Assembly (NCBI RefSeq): GCF_009914755.1
Contig: NC_060935.1
Origin: the human T2T-CHM13v2.0 reference genome, Homo sapiens
DNA length: 64,000 nucleotides
Strand: one strand, 5' to 3'
Position numbers and translations under genes: made by a program. How positions within the stretch are numbered: the first letter of the stretch is position 1; every line of letters starts with the position of its first letter. Below are positions 49,745 to 64,000 of the stretch, piece by piece. The notes beneath the pieces are model-generated. The model saw only the letters and a list, made by a program, of their open reading frames with translations. It was not told the DNA's origin and ran no database searches.

Positions 49745-51094
49745 CTCCTGTTTTTGAGTAGGGGGGTTTAGTGGCTGGACCTTACCTTCTCAGAAGGGAG
49801 GAAGGGTGGCTGTGACTCCATGGGGCAAGACTTAGGGTCAGGGGTAGCAGCCCCAATATCTCTCAGCTCCATGTGGAGAGCTGGGATAAGGAAGCCACTT
49901 CACCCCTTCCTCTTTGCAGTGCAGGCCCCAGTGAGGGTAGCCCAATGGGGTAGCCCTTAGCTTGTTACCATCCCAGACAACTCAGGATCTGTGGAGCTGG
50001 CGGGGGCTCTGCCTCCAGGGGTGCCAGCAACAACCCCTGTCGTCATGGGCGGGACCTGTGCTCAGACTCCCTTACCTCCCTTCTTCACTGTGTGCCCCTG
50101 GTCAAGAGAGTCCCACTCCCTTCACAGCAGCCGATATTTTTAGCTCTCAAACCAAAGCTATCCTGTGTGCTGCTCTTTCATATTAGGAAGGCAGCAGGAA
50201 GACGGTCTCTGGCACTCTGAGAGCTCAGTTCATTTTCTAAATCATTTTGCAGACATTAACTCATCAATCTCTATAACGCGCTCATGGAGGTGCTGAGGCA
50301 GCCCTGGCAGAACCCTGGATCTCAGAGCAATTAAGTGATTTGCCCTGGCTCACAGGAGGGATGTGCAAGTCAGTGTCAGGCGCAGCCTTTGGGAGGCCCC
50401 GAGGCTCTGCACAGGTGCTTGATGATGCAAGCCATGCATCTGGCTCTGCATCCTCGTGCGGTTCTCCAAGGCGGGGTAGGTACCGGCCGTGGTTGACGTA
50501 GGGCACACATGCCACACGGTAAAGCCTCGACAGCCAAACACAGTTCTGCTTTCCCTGATGCCAAAAATGAGGTGACGGGCACAGGCAATAAACGACACCC
50601 AGGAGCACCCCCCTGACCCCTTTGATGGGGTGATGCCATCTTCGAAAGCTCACCACTGCCGGTCCAATGGGACTGCTCCCCGCTGCAGGTCCTGTGGAAG
50701 CGCGGGGCTGGAGGAAACAGGCCAGTGGGCTCGTCCAAGTTGCAAGACTGGGCCCAGCCGATGGCAGGGCGATGGGAGAGAGGAGGAGCCCCAAAGACTC
50801 TCCTCCTGGTTGGCACAAGGGGTACTAAAAAGGGGAATGGCCATCAGCACAACTGCGGAGGAAGTGAAGCAGAGGCAACCAGAGGGGAGCCGAGAGGATG
50901 CCACTGGCTCTCTCTCCACCCTCATCGGGTCACCAGCTCTTTGCCTAAATAGAAGCGTGGATGCTACGGCACCTTCCAATAAACACATCCAAATCAGCTG
51001 CAAATTAATTTGTTTCAGCAATCAAGAGCCGTGCCCTACATCCATTGCTTGATGCTTAGCACATTCTCCAGTTTGATTTCTTTTCTTTTTAGAT

Positions 51095-51345
51095 TTTTAA
51101 AAAAGATGTCATATTTTTAGAGCAGTTTTAGGTTCACAGTAAAACCAAGCAGAAGGAATAGAGCTTACCCAGAGAGCCCCTGCCCCTCACGTGCAGTCTC
51201 CCCAGTCATCAACACCCCCCTGGAGTGGGCCATTTGTTACAACTGAGAGCCTACAGTGTCACTCGAAGTCCATAGTTTACATTAGGGTTCACTCTTGGGC
51301 TTGTACATTCTACCAGTTTGGACAAATGCGTAACGACATGTATCA
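51095..51345 (-). mobile_element. L1MC 3' fragment
   Basis: tttagagcagttttaggttcacag...gtccatagtttacattagggttcactcttg. Confidence 0.85.
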
Positions 51346-51757
51346 ATTTTTATCATTAATGGGGAAAATCAGATACATACATCAGATAGGGAATCCTAGA
51401 GCCAACCCTTAGCATAAATTAAACACTTCCTGTTCCTCTCCCCATTTTACTAAATCAATGATGTTCACATGGAAAGAAACCTTGCAACAGGGACTGTCAG
51501 AATAGATCAGAACATCATCCTTCTAGAGAGGCATGTTTCAGACAGCCTAACCTCTAAGGTCTTCCTTAGCCCCATCCCCACTATAAGTTAAAAAAAGTTA
51601 AGACCAGAGACAGAAAATGGGCTAATACTATGTTAAGTTTTGCTAAAAGCAGGCTCTAAACCAATCTTAGGAGAATTTTAAAAAGCTGGTGAGTGACTGA
51701 TTCCTCAGAGCATCTCCAAACCAAATCCCAACACAGTTTCTCCACGTGCCTACTCAC

Positions 51758-51824
51758 CAATGTCTGTTTCCTTGTGGTTCTTGATGTATTCTGCCAGCTC
51801 AAAGTTGCCTGCTATTATGGCCAC
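51758..51824 (-). CDS. SHANK2: SHANK2 internal coding exon (67 nt, phase 0 to 1), end of the ankyrin repeats: VAIIAGNFELAEYIKNHKETDI(V)
   Basis: Minus strand reads gtgattttcactttgcAG|GTGGCCATAATAGCAGGCAACTTTGAG...GAAACAGACATTG|GTgagt, with canonical acceptor and donor. The peptide matches recalled SHANK2 (SHANK3 paralog: VAIIAGNFELAEVIKTHKDSDV). Confidence 0.96.
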
Positions 51825-52649
51825 CTGCAAAGTGAAAATCACATTAAGTTAAGTGTCACCTGCAGAACAATGATTTCTGCATATACTATTACATCATTGA
51901 AGGCCTAACACCAAAAGAAGTCCAATCAGAACCTTTAAAATGGCAGCCGCAATATCAACACTCATCCACTCACCTTGCCAACCACCACACTCGCTTCTCT
52001 CAAAGCAGTTGGCTGTTCTATGATGATAAGGTTGTCGTTGCTCTACAACCTATATGAGTGGGGGCCTCTGTCCAGAAGGCATGTGGGGCAAATTACCCAT
52101 AGAGCAGCTGAGGATTCAACCAGGCCTGAGTCTGGAAATCTCCCCATTGACTATGTCCTGTGTACCCACGGGGCTTGATTGGTTCCAGCTCTGACACCCC
52201 GGAGCCCTGTTTATCTGATTAGATGCATGCCAATCTACATAACTGGAAAGAAGGGGAAACCTCAAAAAAAGCATTTAAAACTCATCAGATTTCAGTTATG
52301 TGGGAAAAATTCTACCCATAGATGTATGCACAGCCAGATGAGTGGCACCAAAACCATCACCTACAGGAAATTGTTCCAACTCCGGCCCTACAGATCTGTT
52401 GCCTAAAGATGCATGATCTTTGATATGGGAGAGCAGTCAGGCAGGTAAAGCCAAGTATCCTAGGATGGCCATGGAGACCCATAAGGAAGGCCAGGACCAG
52501 AGACCACACGGGCAAGGCACACAGTGCCTCAGAAGGAGAGACCTTGGGCTCAGGGCAATACATATAACCCACAAAAGGAGCCAGGCATTCAGATGCCAGC
52601 CTGGAGAAATACACATACATCTACAATGCGCTGATGTCAAGTCATAATG

Positions 52650-53534
52650 TAAGTGGACCTTATCCAAACAGCTGGGGGCCTTATGAGCAGAAATTGAGGT
52701 TTCCTATGGAAGAAGTCTTTCCTTAGGACTAAGGCATCAACTCCTGCCTGAGTTTCCAGCCTTACCTACTGATTTCAAATTGGCCAACCTCATAATTATA
52801 TGAGCCAATTCTTTACAACAAATTATAAACAAATGCAGACTTTAGTGCCAGGAGTGGGGTGTGGCTATAACAAATATCTATAACATCTTCCCAACATGGG
52901 CTTACTTCATTTGTTTAATTTAAATCAACCTTTCTTCTTGTGTGTATGAGGTGATCTGGTAAGGTAGGGTGGGTGATTTTTGGTTTTGTGTTTTTTCTTC
53001 CTTACTTAGGGCATCTGTAGGCCTCAAAGGACCTTTCCTTTAGGTCATATTCCTCAGAAAGTCTTCGCTCTTCAGTTTTTATTTTTTCTTAAAGAATATT
53101 TTTAAAGCTCAAATTTGTGTAATAATTTGGGACTTTATTTAGAATTATTGGCTGCTGGCAGCAGCAGGCTATTCTGAAATGTCTCATAATATACATATAC
53201 ACACACACACACACACACTTTTTTTTTTCTTTTTTTTTTGGCAGGGTCTTGTTCTGTCATCCAGGCTGGAGTGCAGTGATGTGATCTTGGCTCACTGCAA
53301 TCTCTGCCTCCCAGGCTCAAGTGATTCTTGTGCCTCAGCCTCCTGAGTATCTGGAATTACAGGCATGTGCCACCATGTCTGGCTAATTAAAAAAAAATTT
53401 TTTTTTTTGGTAGAGACAGGGTTTCACCATGTTGGCCAGGATGGTCTCAAACTCTTGGCCTCAAGTGATCAGCCTGCCTCCCAAAGTGCTGAGATTACAG
53501 GCATGAGCCACTGTGCCTGGCCAAATATATACAC

Positions 53535-53580
<46 letters not shown>

Positions 53581-54380
53581 GTGTATATATATATATGTAT
53601 ACATTTAATAAATATGGTGTTGGTGAAAAAAACCAAATATCTAAAAATATTATGGAAATGCTTTGGAACTGGGTAATGATTACAGGCTGGAAGAGTTTTG
53701 AGGTGCATGCTAGAAATATGAATGTTAGAATGATTCTGCTGAGATATCAGATGGAGATGAAGAACACGTTACTGGAAACTGGAGGAAAAGTGATGCTCGT
53801 TCTAAAGTGGCAAAGAACTTGGCTCAACTGTGTTCTAGTATTTTTGTGGAAGGTAGACTGTGTGAGCGATAAAATCAGATATTTAGCTGAAGAGATTTCT
53901 AAGCAAAGTGCTGAAGGAGCAGCTGGATCCTCCTGACTGCTTATAGTAAAATGCAAAAGGAGAGAAATGAATCGAAGAAGGAATTGTTAAGCAAAAAGGA
54001 AGCAGAGCTTGAAGATTTGGAAGATTCTCAGTCTATCCATACGGCAAAAAGTGAAAAAGCCTAACCACATTGCAACAAAACGAACACTGAGGGTATGGCT
54101 GGAACATCACTTGATAATGTATGGGATTATAAAAGCAGGAACTCTGCCAGTTTGAATGGAAGGTGATGGAGATAAGACAAATGAAAGAAGACTATCGGAC
54201 TTAATGGATTTGACAGAAGAGGGTAACAGAGCTGTCTGGTCACAAATGTGTGCTACTCTTCAGGAAGAAGGCAAAATAACCCTGAAAGGAATTCAGAGAT
54301 CATCAGATCCACCCCTTGGTTTCAACAGTTAGATGGTCTCTGCCCAAAGACTTACGGGCAGGACCACAGGGCAGAGCTGT
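52650..54380 (+). mobile_element. MLT-type LTR remnant plus MaLR internal sequence, split by the retrocopy and an antisense Alu (53219-53522)
   Basis: gccaggagtggggtgtggctataac...ctttggaactgggtaat...ggctggaagagttttgagg. Confidence 0.8.
52881..53633 (+). pseudogene. 5'-truncated processed-mRNA (3'UTR) retrocopy interrupted by an Alu; parent possibly RCC2 (unverified)
   Basis: TSD CAAATATCTA at 52871-52880 and 53634-53643; AATAAA at 53607-53612; A7 at 53626-53632. It splits a MaLR internal sequence that rejoins seamlessly. Confidence 0.7.
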
Positions 54381-54384
54381 GAGG

Positions 54385-54746
54385 TGAGATGGTTTGTGTG
54401 TGTCCCCATCCAAATCTCATCTTGAATTATAATCCCCATGATCCCCATGTGTCGAGGGAGGGACCCGGCGGGAGGTAACTGAATCACGGGGGTGGTTTCC
54501 CCGTGCTGTTCTCGTGATAGTGAGTGAGTTCTCATGAGATCTGACGGTTTTATAAGTGTCTGGCATTTCCCCTGCTGACACTCATTCTCTCTCCTGCCAC
54601 CCTGTGAAGAGGTGCCTTATGTCATGACTGTAAGATTCCTGAGGGCTCCCCAGCCATGCGGAACTGTGTATCGATTAAAGCTCTTTTCTTTATAAATCAC
54701 CCAGTCTCAGGTATTTCTTCATAGCAGTGTGAGAATGGACTAAGAT
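54385..54746 (+). mobile_element. THE1D/MSTA-type solo LTR
   Basis: caaatctcatcttgaatt...gttctcgtgatagtgagtgagttctcatgagatctga...gaatggactaa. Confidence 0.9.
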
Positions 54747-55332
54747 GTGGGGGAAGCCTCCTGAGTGGCGGCTTCCCTTGGGCATGAAGGTAGAAAAGGT
54801 GGCTTTAGAGATAAGCATGTCTCCAGGCCACATTCAGAGAGTCAGAAGCTGAGGTGCCGTCCTCCCAAAAGGGGGCCATCTCTTCCTACAGCCCACCTCC
54901 AACTCAGCTTTGGGAACTCGACTTAGGTGATGTGGACCCATGCCCTGGTCTGCTCAGGCTGAGCCAGACATGTCCTTCTCCAGGTCCCTGATGGTTGTGC
55001 TGGCTCAGGATGGCACTAGGCCTCCCTGCCCACAGGCCCAGGCATCTCTCCTGCACTCCTACAGACCAGCCCTTGCCGAATGCCTGAGGTGATACTGGCG
55101 GACTGGCGGAGGGATGCGGCCCCAGAGGTGGAGGGCATGGGCTCTGGCCTGGGCTGCCTGGGTGTAAATCCAGACTGGTACTATGTGACACTGGGCATTA
55201 CGTGTAACCCACAAACCTAGGTTTTCTCACCTGTGAAATAGGTTTGGTGTGTGGATTTATTGAGATCTCACAAGTAAAGGTTTAGAGCAGTGCGTGGCAC
55301 ATGGCCAATCAACCCTAAAAAACTATGCTATG

Positions 55333-55659
<327 letters not shown>

Positions 55660-56289
55660 TCAAACACTGCAGACTGCTCTTTGTAAAGGTAATCCACCCC
55701 CAGGTCACCCAGCGCCCCACAAAAATGCGCAGTCAGATACACACAAGTGCACACCCACATCTGCACTGGAACACACACCTAGGACAGCTGCTGAAATAAC
55801 ACGTACGTGGACCATCCCCTAGTGATTCCGGGATTCTCCTTCCAAAGAAAAGCCCTAGGAGCTTAAGCCCAGGCACCTCCCTGCTGGTCTAAAGGACTCA
55901 ACTCACAGTGCAAATGAGAACAATGCAAACATTTACTTGTGATAATTGCCTGACTGTTTCTCCCCTTGATGATTTCAAGGCCTAGAAATTCCTCTTGGCA
56001 GAAAGCAGCCTCCTGCCTGTCCTCTGGCACTGCCCGCCCTATGCTTGGCTTATCATGGGTTCCCAGTAAAAGTCTTCTGGGAGAAGGAAGAGGGAACTGG
56101 GTCTTATGTGACATCTCAGCATTGCTCAGTGTCAGGCTGGTGTCAGGCTCAGCATTGCTGGTGTCAGGCTGCTGGTCTGGGTGCATGAGGAAGGCAGAGT
56201 GTGGGGTCTGTCTCTGTGGCTGCAGGTGTGCACAGCAGTGAAAAGAATACTCACAGCAGAGACACAGCCGAGGCTCAGGTGCCACACGC

Positions 56290-56490
56290 TGCTCTGAGTG
56301 AGTTCCCAGGAGCGACCTCTTTTGATCTTAACAGCTTTATGAAGTGGGCACCATTATCTCTACTCGACAGAGGGGGAAACTGAGGCACAGAGCGATAAGG
56401 AACGGGCTCCACATCACAGTCAGCACCAAAGTCAAGACATTCACTCAAGCCGTTTGGGTTCAAACTCTTCATCTAATCACCTTAGCTTAT
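56290..56490 (-). mobile_element. MIR fragment
   Basis: acagagggggaaactgaggcacagag. Confidence 0.65.
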
Positions 56491-58353
56491 AATATGCTGT
56501 CATTTTCATGGACTATGGCATTTTTTAAAAAAGTTATGATATAATCACAGGTCAAACACCTTTGTAAAAAATAGAAGCATAAGAAACAACAAATGACAAA
56601 TTATTCTCGAGGGTTATGACAAGCCACACTCAGGCTGGGCACCCACAGAATCTTCTATGGTGAAAAGTGCCCTGCGCAGGGGAAGGACTAGTCCTGTAAG
56701 AACGGACGCTGCTTTGTCCAGGTTTTTCAGAGCCCTAGAGGCCTGGAGGGGAGCCAGTGAAGAAATAAGAACTCTGCTCTCTACAGCTCGCCTGTTTTTC
56801 CCCCATTAATTCAACTGTCCTCCTCCTTCCTTGTTTCAAATAACATTTCGGTAATACAGACAGATGCCTACCTGCAGGGTACGGCCATAATGCAACCTTG
56901 AGGGGGAAATGTTAGGGTTTAAAGAAACCCAGAGCAGGAAGGAGCCCCTTACCCCCACAGGATGTAGAGAGACTTCCTGTCGCCTCCCTCTGCAAGCCAT
57001 CGCCAGCTTTGGAGTACCCGGAGAAGGAGCACCTGGTGGAGGTTACAGCTCAGGCAAAGGTTTGGAGGATGGATGTCAGACGTGGTGAATGTGGCAGCAA
57101 GACAGGCAAGATGGATGTGTGGTGGGAGGAAGGTCAGAGGTCAGCACAGAAGGCATCGACTGGTAAGTCATGGGAGGAATCCACATGTGAAGCCAAGGGA
57201 ACCCTGGCTTCTGCGGCTAGGAGGTGACAAGAAACCATGGCCTTGGGAGGCATCTGGGGACAGACCATACGAGGGAGCCCTGAAAAACAGCAACAGGCAA
57301 GATGTCTCCATGGCCCGGGGCCCGGCTGGCACTCTTGGACAGACAGGAGGCTGGGAGAATTCAGACGATGGGCAGCCAGTTCTGTGCCATGCCACTGGAC
57401 AGCAGAGCAGCAGGCGGCCACCCGGGCAGTGTCACTGCACCACACTGGGCATTTGTATGAGACGCCTCACTGGCATTCTAAATCATCCTAATTCTCACTT
57501 CCGTATCTGCTGGCTGGGAAGGAGGAAGGCCTTTTATGGACATTTAAACAAGAGTTATGTAACACAAAGCAACAGTCTGTGTTTCTCTTCTGTGGATCTC
57601 AAAGGAAAGGGAGGGGCGGGGCCTCCAGGGAAGATGCAGAGGGCATCCTCCCTCGCTGGCCTCTCAGCCAAGTGTGCGGCCGAGGTCCCAGCCCCTGCCG
57701 CCTCCCCACCTGTCTCCCTCAGAGCTGGGATTTCTCGCTGTGCCCTTGGGGGCTGCCTCTCAGGGGGCTCCCCTTAGCTCTTGCCCCAAGACAGAGCTAG
57801 CATCACTTTCTGGAGCCTTTGCTGTGACCTTATGATTGACATCCTGCATTTGAAGTGTGATCTACAGTTCCAGGCGGCATCGATGGCTGAAGTTTTGTGT
57901 GATGAGGGCACCACAGGATTTTTTTTGTGGGAATCACCCCCAGTTGTAAGTCCTCAGTGCCCTAAACTGGGTTTTCCTGGAATGAAGCAATCATATCTGA
58001 GATGGGAACCTTTTGCTGGTGCTGACAAAGCCCCCTGCAAGAGTTGGCACTGGGATTAACAAGTAGAGGAAAGCAGATGGACACCCCGCCAGGGGCCCTG
58101 GGGGCTCTGCCCTTGGCACTCAGAGCCACAGGGTCCCCTACAGATGCAGGAATGTCAGGAGGGAGCCCACATTTTTTTTCAACAGCAGTCACTCTGCAAG
58201 GCAGTGCATCTCTCCAGGAGACAGCACGGCCCCCCTCCACTGATCTACCAGCTGGGGGAGAAGGGGGAGTTTCCATCTATTCTCCCAACTCAAGAATTGA
58301 CAACCATCTCCTCCTTAGCACCTCAAGTGCTTACACCTAACATTAAGTTAGCC

Positions 58354-58718
<365 letters not shown>

Positions 58719-59668
58719 TTAGCCTCAAGCTTTGAAGCACATCTTTGAAGCCTATAATATGACAATCACAGCCCACTAGGACTTAGGATCACAGAAAGAC
58801 TGGGGACTCGATCCATCACACTCATCATTGGCAAGCGTCATTGGGAAAGACAGTAGAGGCACCCAGGGCTTGTCCACGAGGGGCTGGGGTCCCGGGGCTC
58901 GAGGTTGGTTCAGACCCCTGCCACATACTCTGTGCATGACCACTGGCTGGAAGCCCCGACTTGTGAAGCCCTGTTGTCTCTTCTGCCACATGCATTGCAA
59001 CACCGCAGAGACTTCCTGTCCCCTCTCTTCTTAAGCCATTGTCCAGCTTTGCAGTACCAGGAGAAGGTGCTGTGTGCCAGATGCAAAGCCCCGCAAAGCT
59101 GGTGAAAATGCCACCTGCACATCTTCCTAGAGCCCTGAGCTCTGCCAAACCCCAAACCCTCCTTCTCCCCGAAATGCCCCACTTTGATGCTGTGTAAGCA
59201 GGTAAGGCCCATTCCAGGAGCAGCACCCCAAATTCCCAGCACAGACCCTCGACCTGGTGCTTCCTCCAAACCCCTAATCTGTATTAAATTAGGCAGCCCC
59301 TGCTATCCACCCAGTCCTTGCACCCACCCCATCAAGGACACCTGTAGACTTCATGGGGGCACTTGTTCCTCGCTTGGTGTTGCCTGCCCCACAAACTCAG
59401 AAACAAACCACTCAAGTAGTAAGTGGTGAGAAGGATCAGACTGCCACAAGGTGGGTGCCTGGAAATTATCTGAGTCTCATGCCAAAGGACAGTGCTCGGT
59501 GCCCACAGGGCCCGAGCGTGTTCAGGAGGTGCAGGCAGGCTGGGGGCTGGTGAGCACAGCAGGTAAAGCTACATGCTCAGGTCCCGCAGGTGGCGTGGAC
59601 TGCAATCCCATGCCATCACCTAAAAAGCTGCACCCTCAGCCTCTGAGGAACTTAAAGACCAACACGGG

Positions 59669-60263
<595 letters not shown>

Positions 60264-60732
60264 GTGGGGAAATGGGAGGAACAGCCTGGGTGCTCTTAGG
60301 CATGGCATGGTCTCAGGATGGTGGAAGGTGGAGTGGGGTGGTGCCAGGAGCAAGGACAGCCCCACAGGGACTCAGTACCTGGACAGGCTTGATGGTGGGA
60401 AATGAGCCAGCCAGACAGGCAGGTGAGGAGGACCTGGGGCTCTCTGGTTGGTCCTCGCCACAGTTCTCTGAGGATCTGAATTCCACTGCTCCTATTATAT
60501 CAGGCAACCCCTTTCAAGACAGCTCCCTAGACAGCTCCAGCACTGTGTGCAAAATACCTCCCTGGGCTCAAGACGCCCACCCGCACACCCTTCACTGAAC
60601 ACCACAAAGTGCCGCATCCTATACCACCTAGCACTGAACTTGGCCTGCTGTGATGCTCTTCCTGCTTCATGTAAGCCTGCATTCTGAATGACGAAATGAC
60701 TCTCCCTGAGCCCAGTGGCCGTGCGGATTTCT

Positions 60733-61403
<671 letters not shown>

Positions 61404-63072
61404 GCGCCCAGCCTGTTGCACCTGTCACCCAGGCCAGCCCCAGGCTCCGACAAGGTGCCACAAAGCCCTGCCTTCCTGCTCAGGGCTGGGACATGGGCAG
61501 CACATGCGAATGCTCTTCACAGTGGTGAGGGCGCCATGGAGCGGGACTGTCGCCTTTGAGTGTGGCTCTCAGGTGGCCAGGGCCCTGGAGAGGCTGTGGA
61601 CTTGCTGCAGTGCCCACAGTGTGACCTGTTCCCTGACGCCAAGAGGTAGAGCCCAGGCGAGGGTGGAGGCCACCTCTCTCCTCATCACTTGCTCAACAAG
61701 CTCCTGGGATCCACAGCCAGAACTCGGAGGAAAGCCACTCCACCGCCCCGACGAAGCCTCCTTCTCTTGCCAAAACGAAATGTGCCTCCCGACACAGAGA
61801 GCTATTTAGAGGCGGCTCTGTGATCCTGACACCCCCTCGCCATAACTGGAAAATGGCTTCTCGGAAAGGCACGAGAGAAACCGAGCACTTGGGATGTCCC
61901 CGTCTTTGTTTCCTTCCAGATAATGGTGCTTCATTTATTTCAGACTCCTGTGGCAACTCAGGAAGCCACTGATGCCCAAAGACCCCAGGACCTGGTAAGA
62001 ATGTTTTAATTACAGGCATCCTCCAAGCACGGCAGGGAGTGGGCCTGGGCTCCTGGCTCACCAAGGTCAGGGGTCGCCGAGTTCCCCTGCAAACTTCAAG
62101 GGAATCTCTGCCCATCCCCAGGCTAAAACCCAGAATCTGGAGAGGCAGTTGAGGCCTATGTCGTTCCAGAACAGCTCCCTGGGGCTTTGCGAAAACCCCA
62201 TGCAGGGCCAGGGCCTTTGCAAATCGATGTGTATTACCCAGAAGCCCCTGGTTGCTCTGGGACTTTACATCTAACTTGACAGGGCTGACCAGATAGAGCC
62301 AGGGCTGACTCAAGCAATGTCCACAACTCCTGAAGTGCCGGCTCAGGGGAGTCGTGGGCCAGGACCCCCGGCCAGAGGAAGCAGCTGGGGACTGGGAAGC
62401 TATTGTAGGAGCAGTTCCATGCTGGGTGACCCAGTGAGCCTCCCAGGTTAGAGGAAGACCCTGAGCATTTGAGTAAGACTTGCCTGGGTCTCGTCTGCCA
62501 GTATCCCCAGAGGCTGGGGATGAAACAGCCCCTCAGTCCCACAGAAGGTGGAGCAGGTCCAGCCCTCAGCACCCCTCCCATGGCTGAGTGAAGGGGACCC
62601 CCTGGGTTGTGGCCAGATTTCACTCAGGTAGCACTGTGCGGTGGTCAGGACCACAGGCTTGGACGTTGGACAGCCCCAGAGGGAGCCTTCTAGCACCGAT
62701 ACCAAAGACAACCTCCCCCCTTCTCAGGCTCCTGAAACTGAGAATAAGAATAAAAGTATGATTCTTCTATGACTATCATGAGAATTAAAATAGTTAATTA
62801 GCAAATAATAATTGGCAAATGACTTAAAATAGCGCCATTCAGTATCACCAAATTGAATGCAGAGATCCATATATTAAGGAGATGATATCATGGCTAGGTG
62901 AGTTTATTTTAGAAATAAGAAAATTGACAAATATAATTCATCGCATTAGCAGATAAGCAGGGGAAATCTACATAATCATCTTTGACAGTTGCAGGATCGG
63001 ATTTTGGATAAATATTTTATCAAGACACATCGGATATGACAACATAGATTCATGATAAAACTTAATAGACTG

Positions 63073-63404
<332 letters not shown>

Positions 63405-64000
63405 CTAGTGCAGCAGTGAAACAGATTGTTGCTTAAGAGACCACCCTAAAACTAAGGGCTGCATGGGTCTGAGGACTGCCACTCTGGACTCCCTCACGTG
63501 ACTGCGTTTAAGTGGAGGGTCAGCCTGGCTGGCACACGCAGGATGGCCTCACATGGGCCTCGCTGTTGGCTGGAACACATCTGTTTTCTTCCATGCATCC
63601 TCCCATCCCCCAGCAGACCAGGCTGGCTTCCTTACACGGTGTCCTCAGGACAGTGCTCCACATAGACAGCATGTCAAGCTGCCAAGGAGGGAAACAGACT
63701 CCGCCTGTGCATGGGAGTGGCTGCACTTTTCTTCCTGCCACAGTTTCATTCTGCGATTTTGCCATGACTGCAGCTCAGACATGGTCATGGGGATCTGCAG
63801 GTGTTCTGGGTGACCTTCTGGTTGACCTTGTCCTTTTGGTCCTGGGATCGAGCAGAAGCTCCGAAGGCTGCACAGCAACCTGGGATTCGGACCAGGCCTC
63901 CAGAGCTGCACCGACATTGGCAAGTTACCTCCCAGGGATGCTGGGGTTCAGCACCAAGGTGACTCTAATTACAAGGGAAATGCTGAACCAGGGGTTGGCG

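Noticed and set aside
56115-56175. Short shuffled repeats (ctcagcattgct / gtgtcaggct)
   Set aside because: Small slippage duplication with no further structure.

Overview
Human (primate) genomic DNA, rich in Alu, MaLR, MIR and L2 repeats and almost entirely intronic. One short minus-strand coding exon (51758-51824, VAIIAGNFELAEYIKNHKETDI), missed by the ORF track, matches the end of the SHANK2 ankyrin-repeat region, which places the window inside SHANK2 (chr11q13). Two nested genes recalled from that intron are visible: the MIR3664 hairpin (27512-27610, -) and the antisense gene SHANK2-AS3/C11orf76 (about 18030-20360, +; spliced 123-aa ORF). The most interesting unexplained signal is a repeat-free, CpG-enriched 3.5-kb block (40270-43790) holding a well-formed 59-nt minus-strand exon. 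In it a short uORF stops on a TGATG overlap whose ATG would splice in frame to the next SHANK2 exon. This suggests a possible internal promoter for an ankyrin-less isoform, or a poison exon. Other notable items: SHANK2-AS3 is built from a local 145-bp duplication plus L2 and LTR parts, there is a TSD-flanked 3'UTR retrocopy, and several Alu stacks are nested. Gene names come from recalled sequences, not database searches. Repeat subfamily calls and boundaries are approximate and made by eye.
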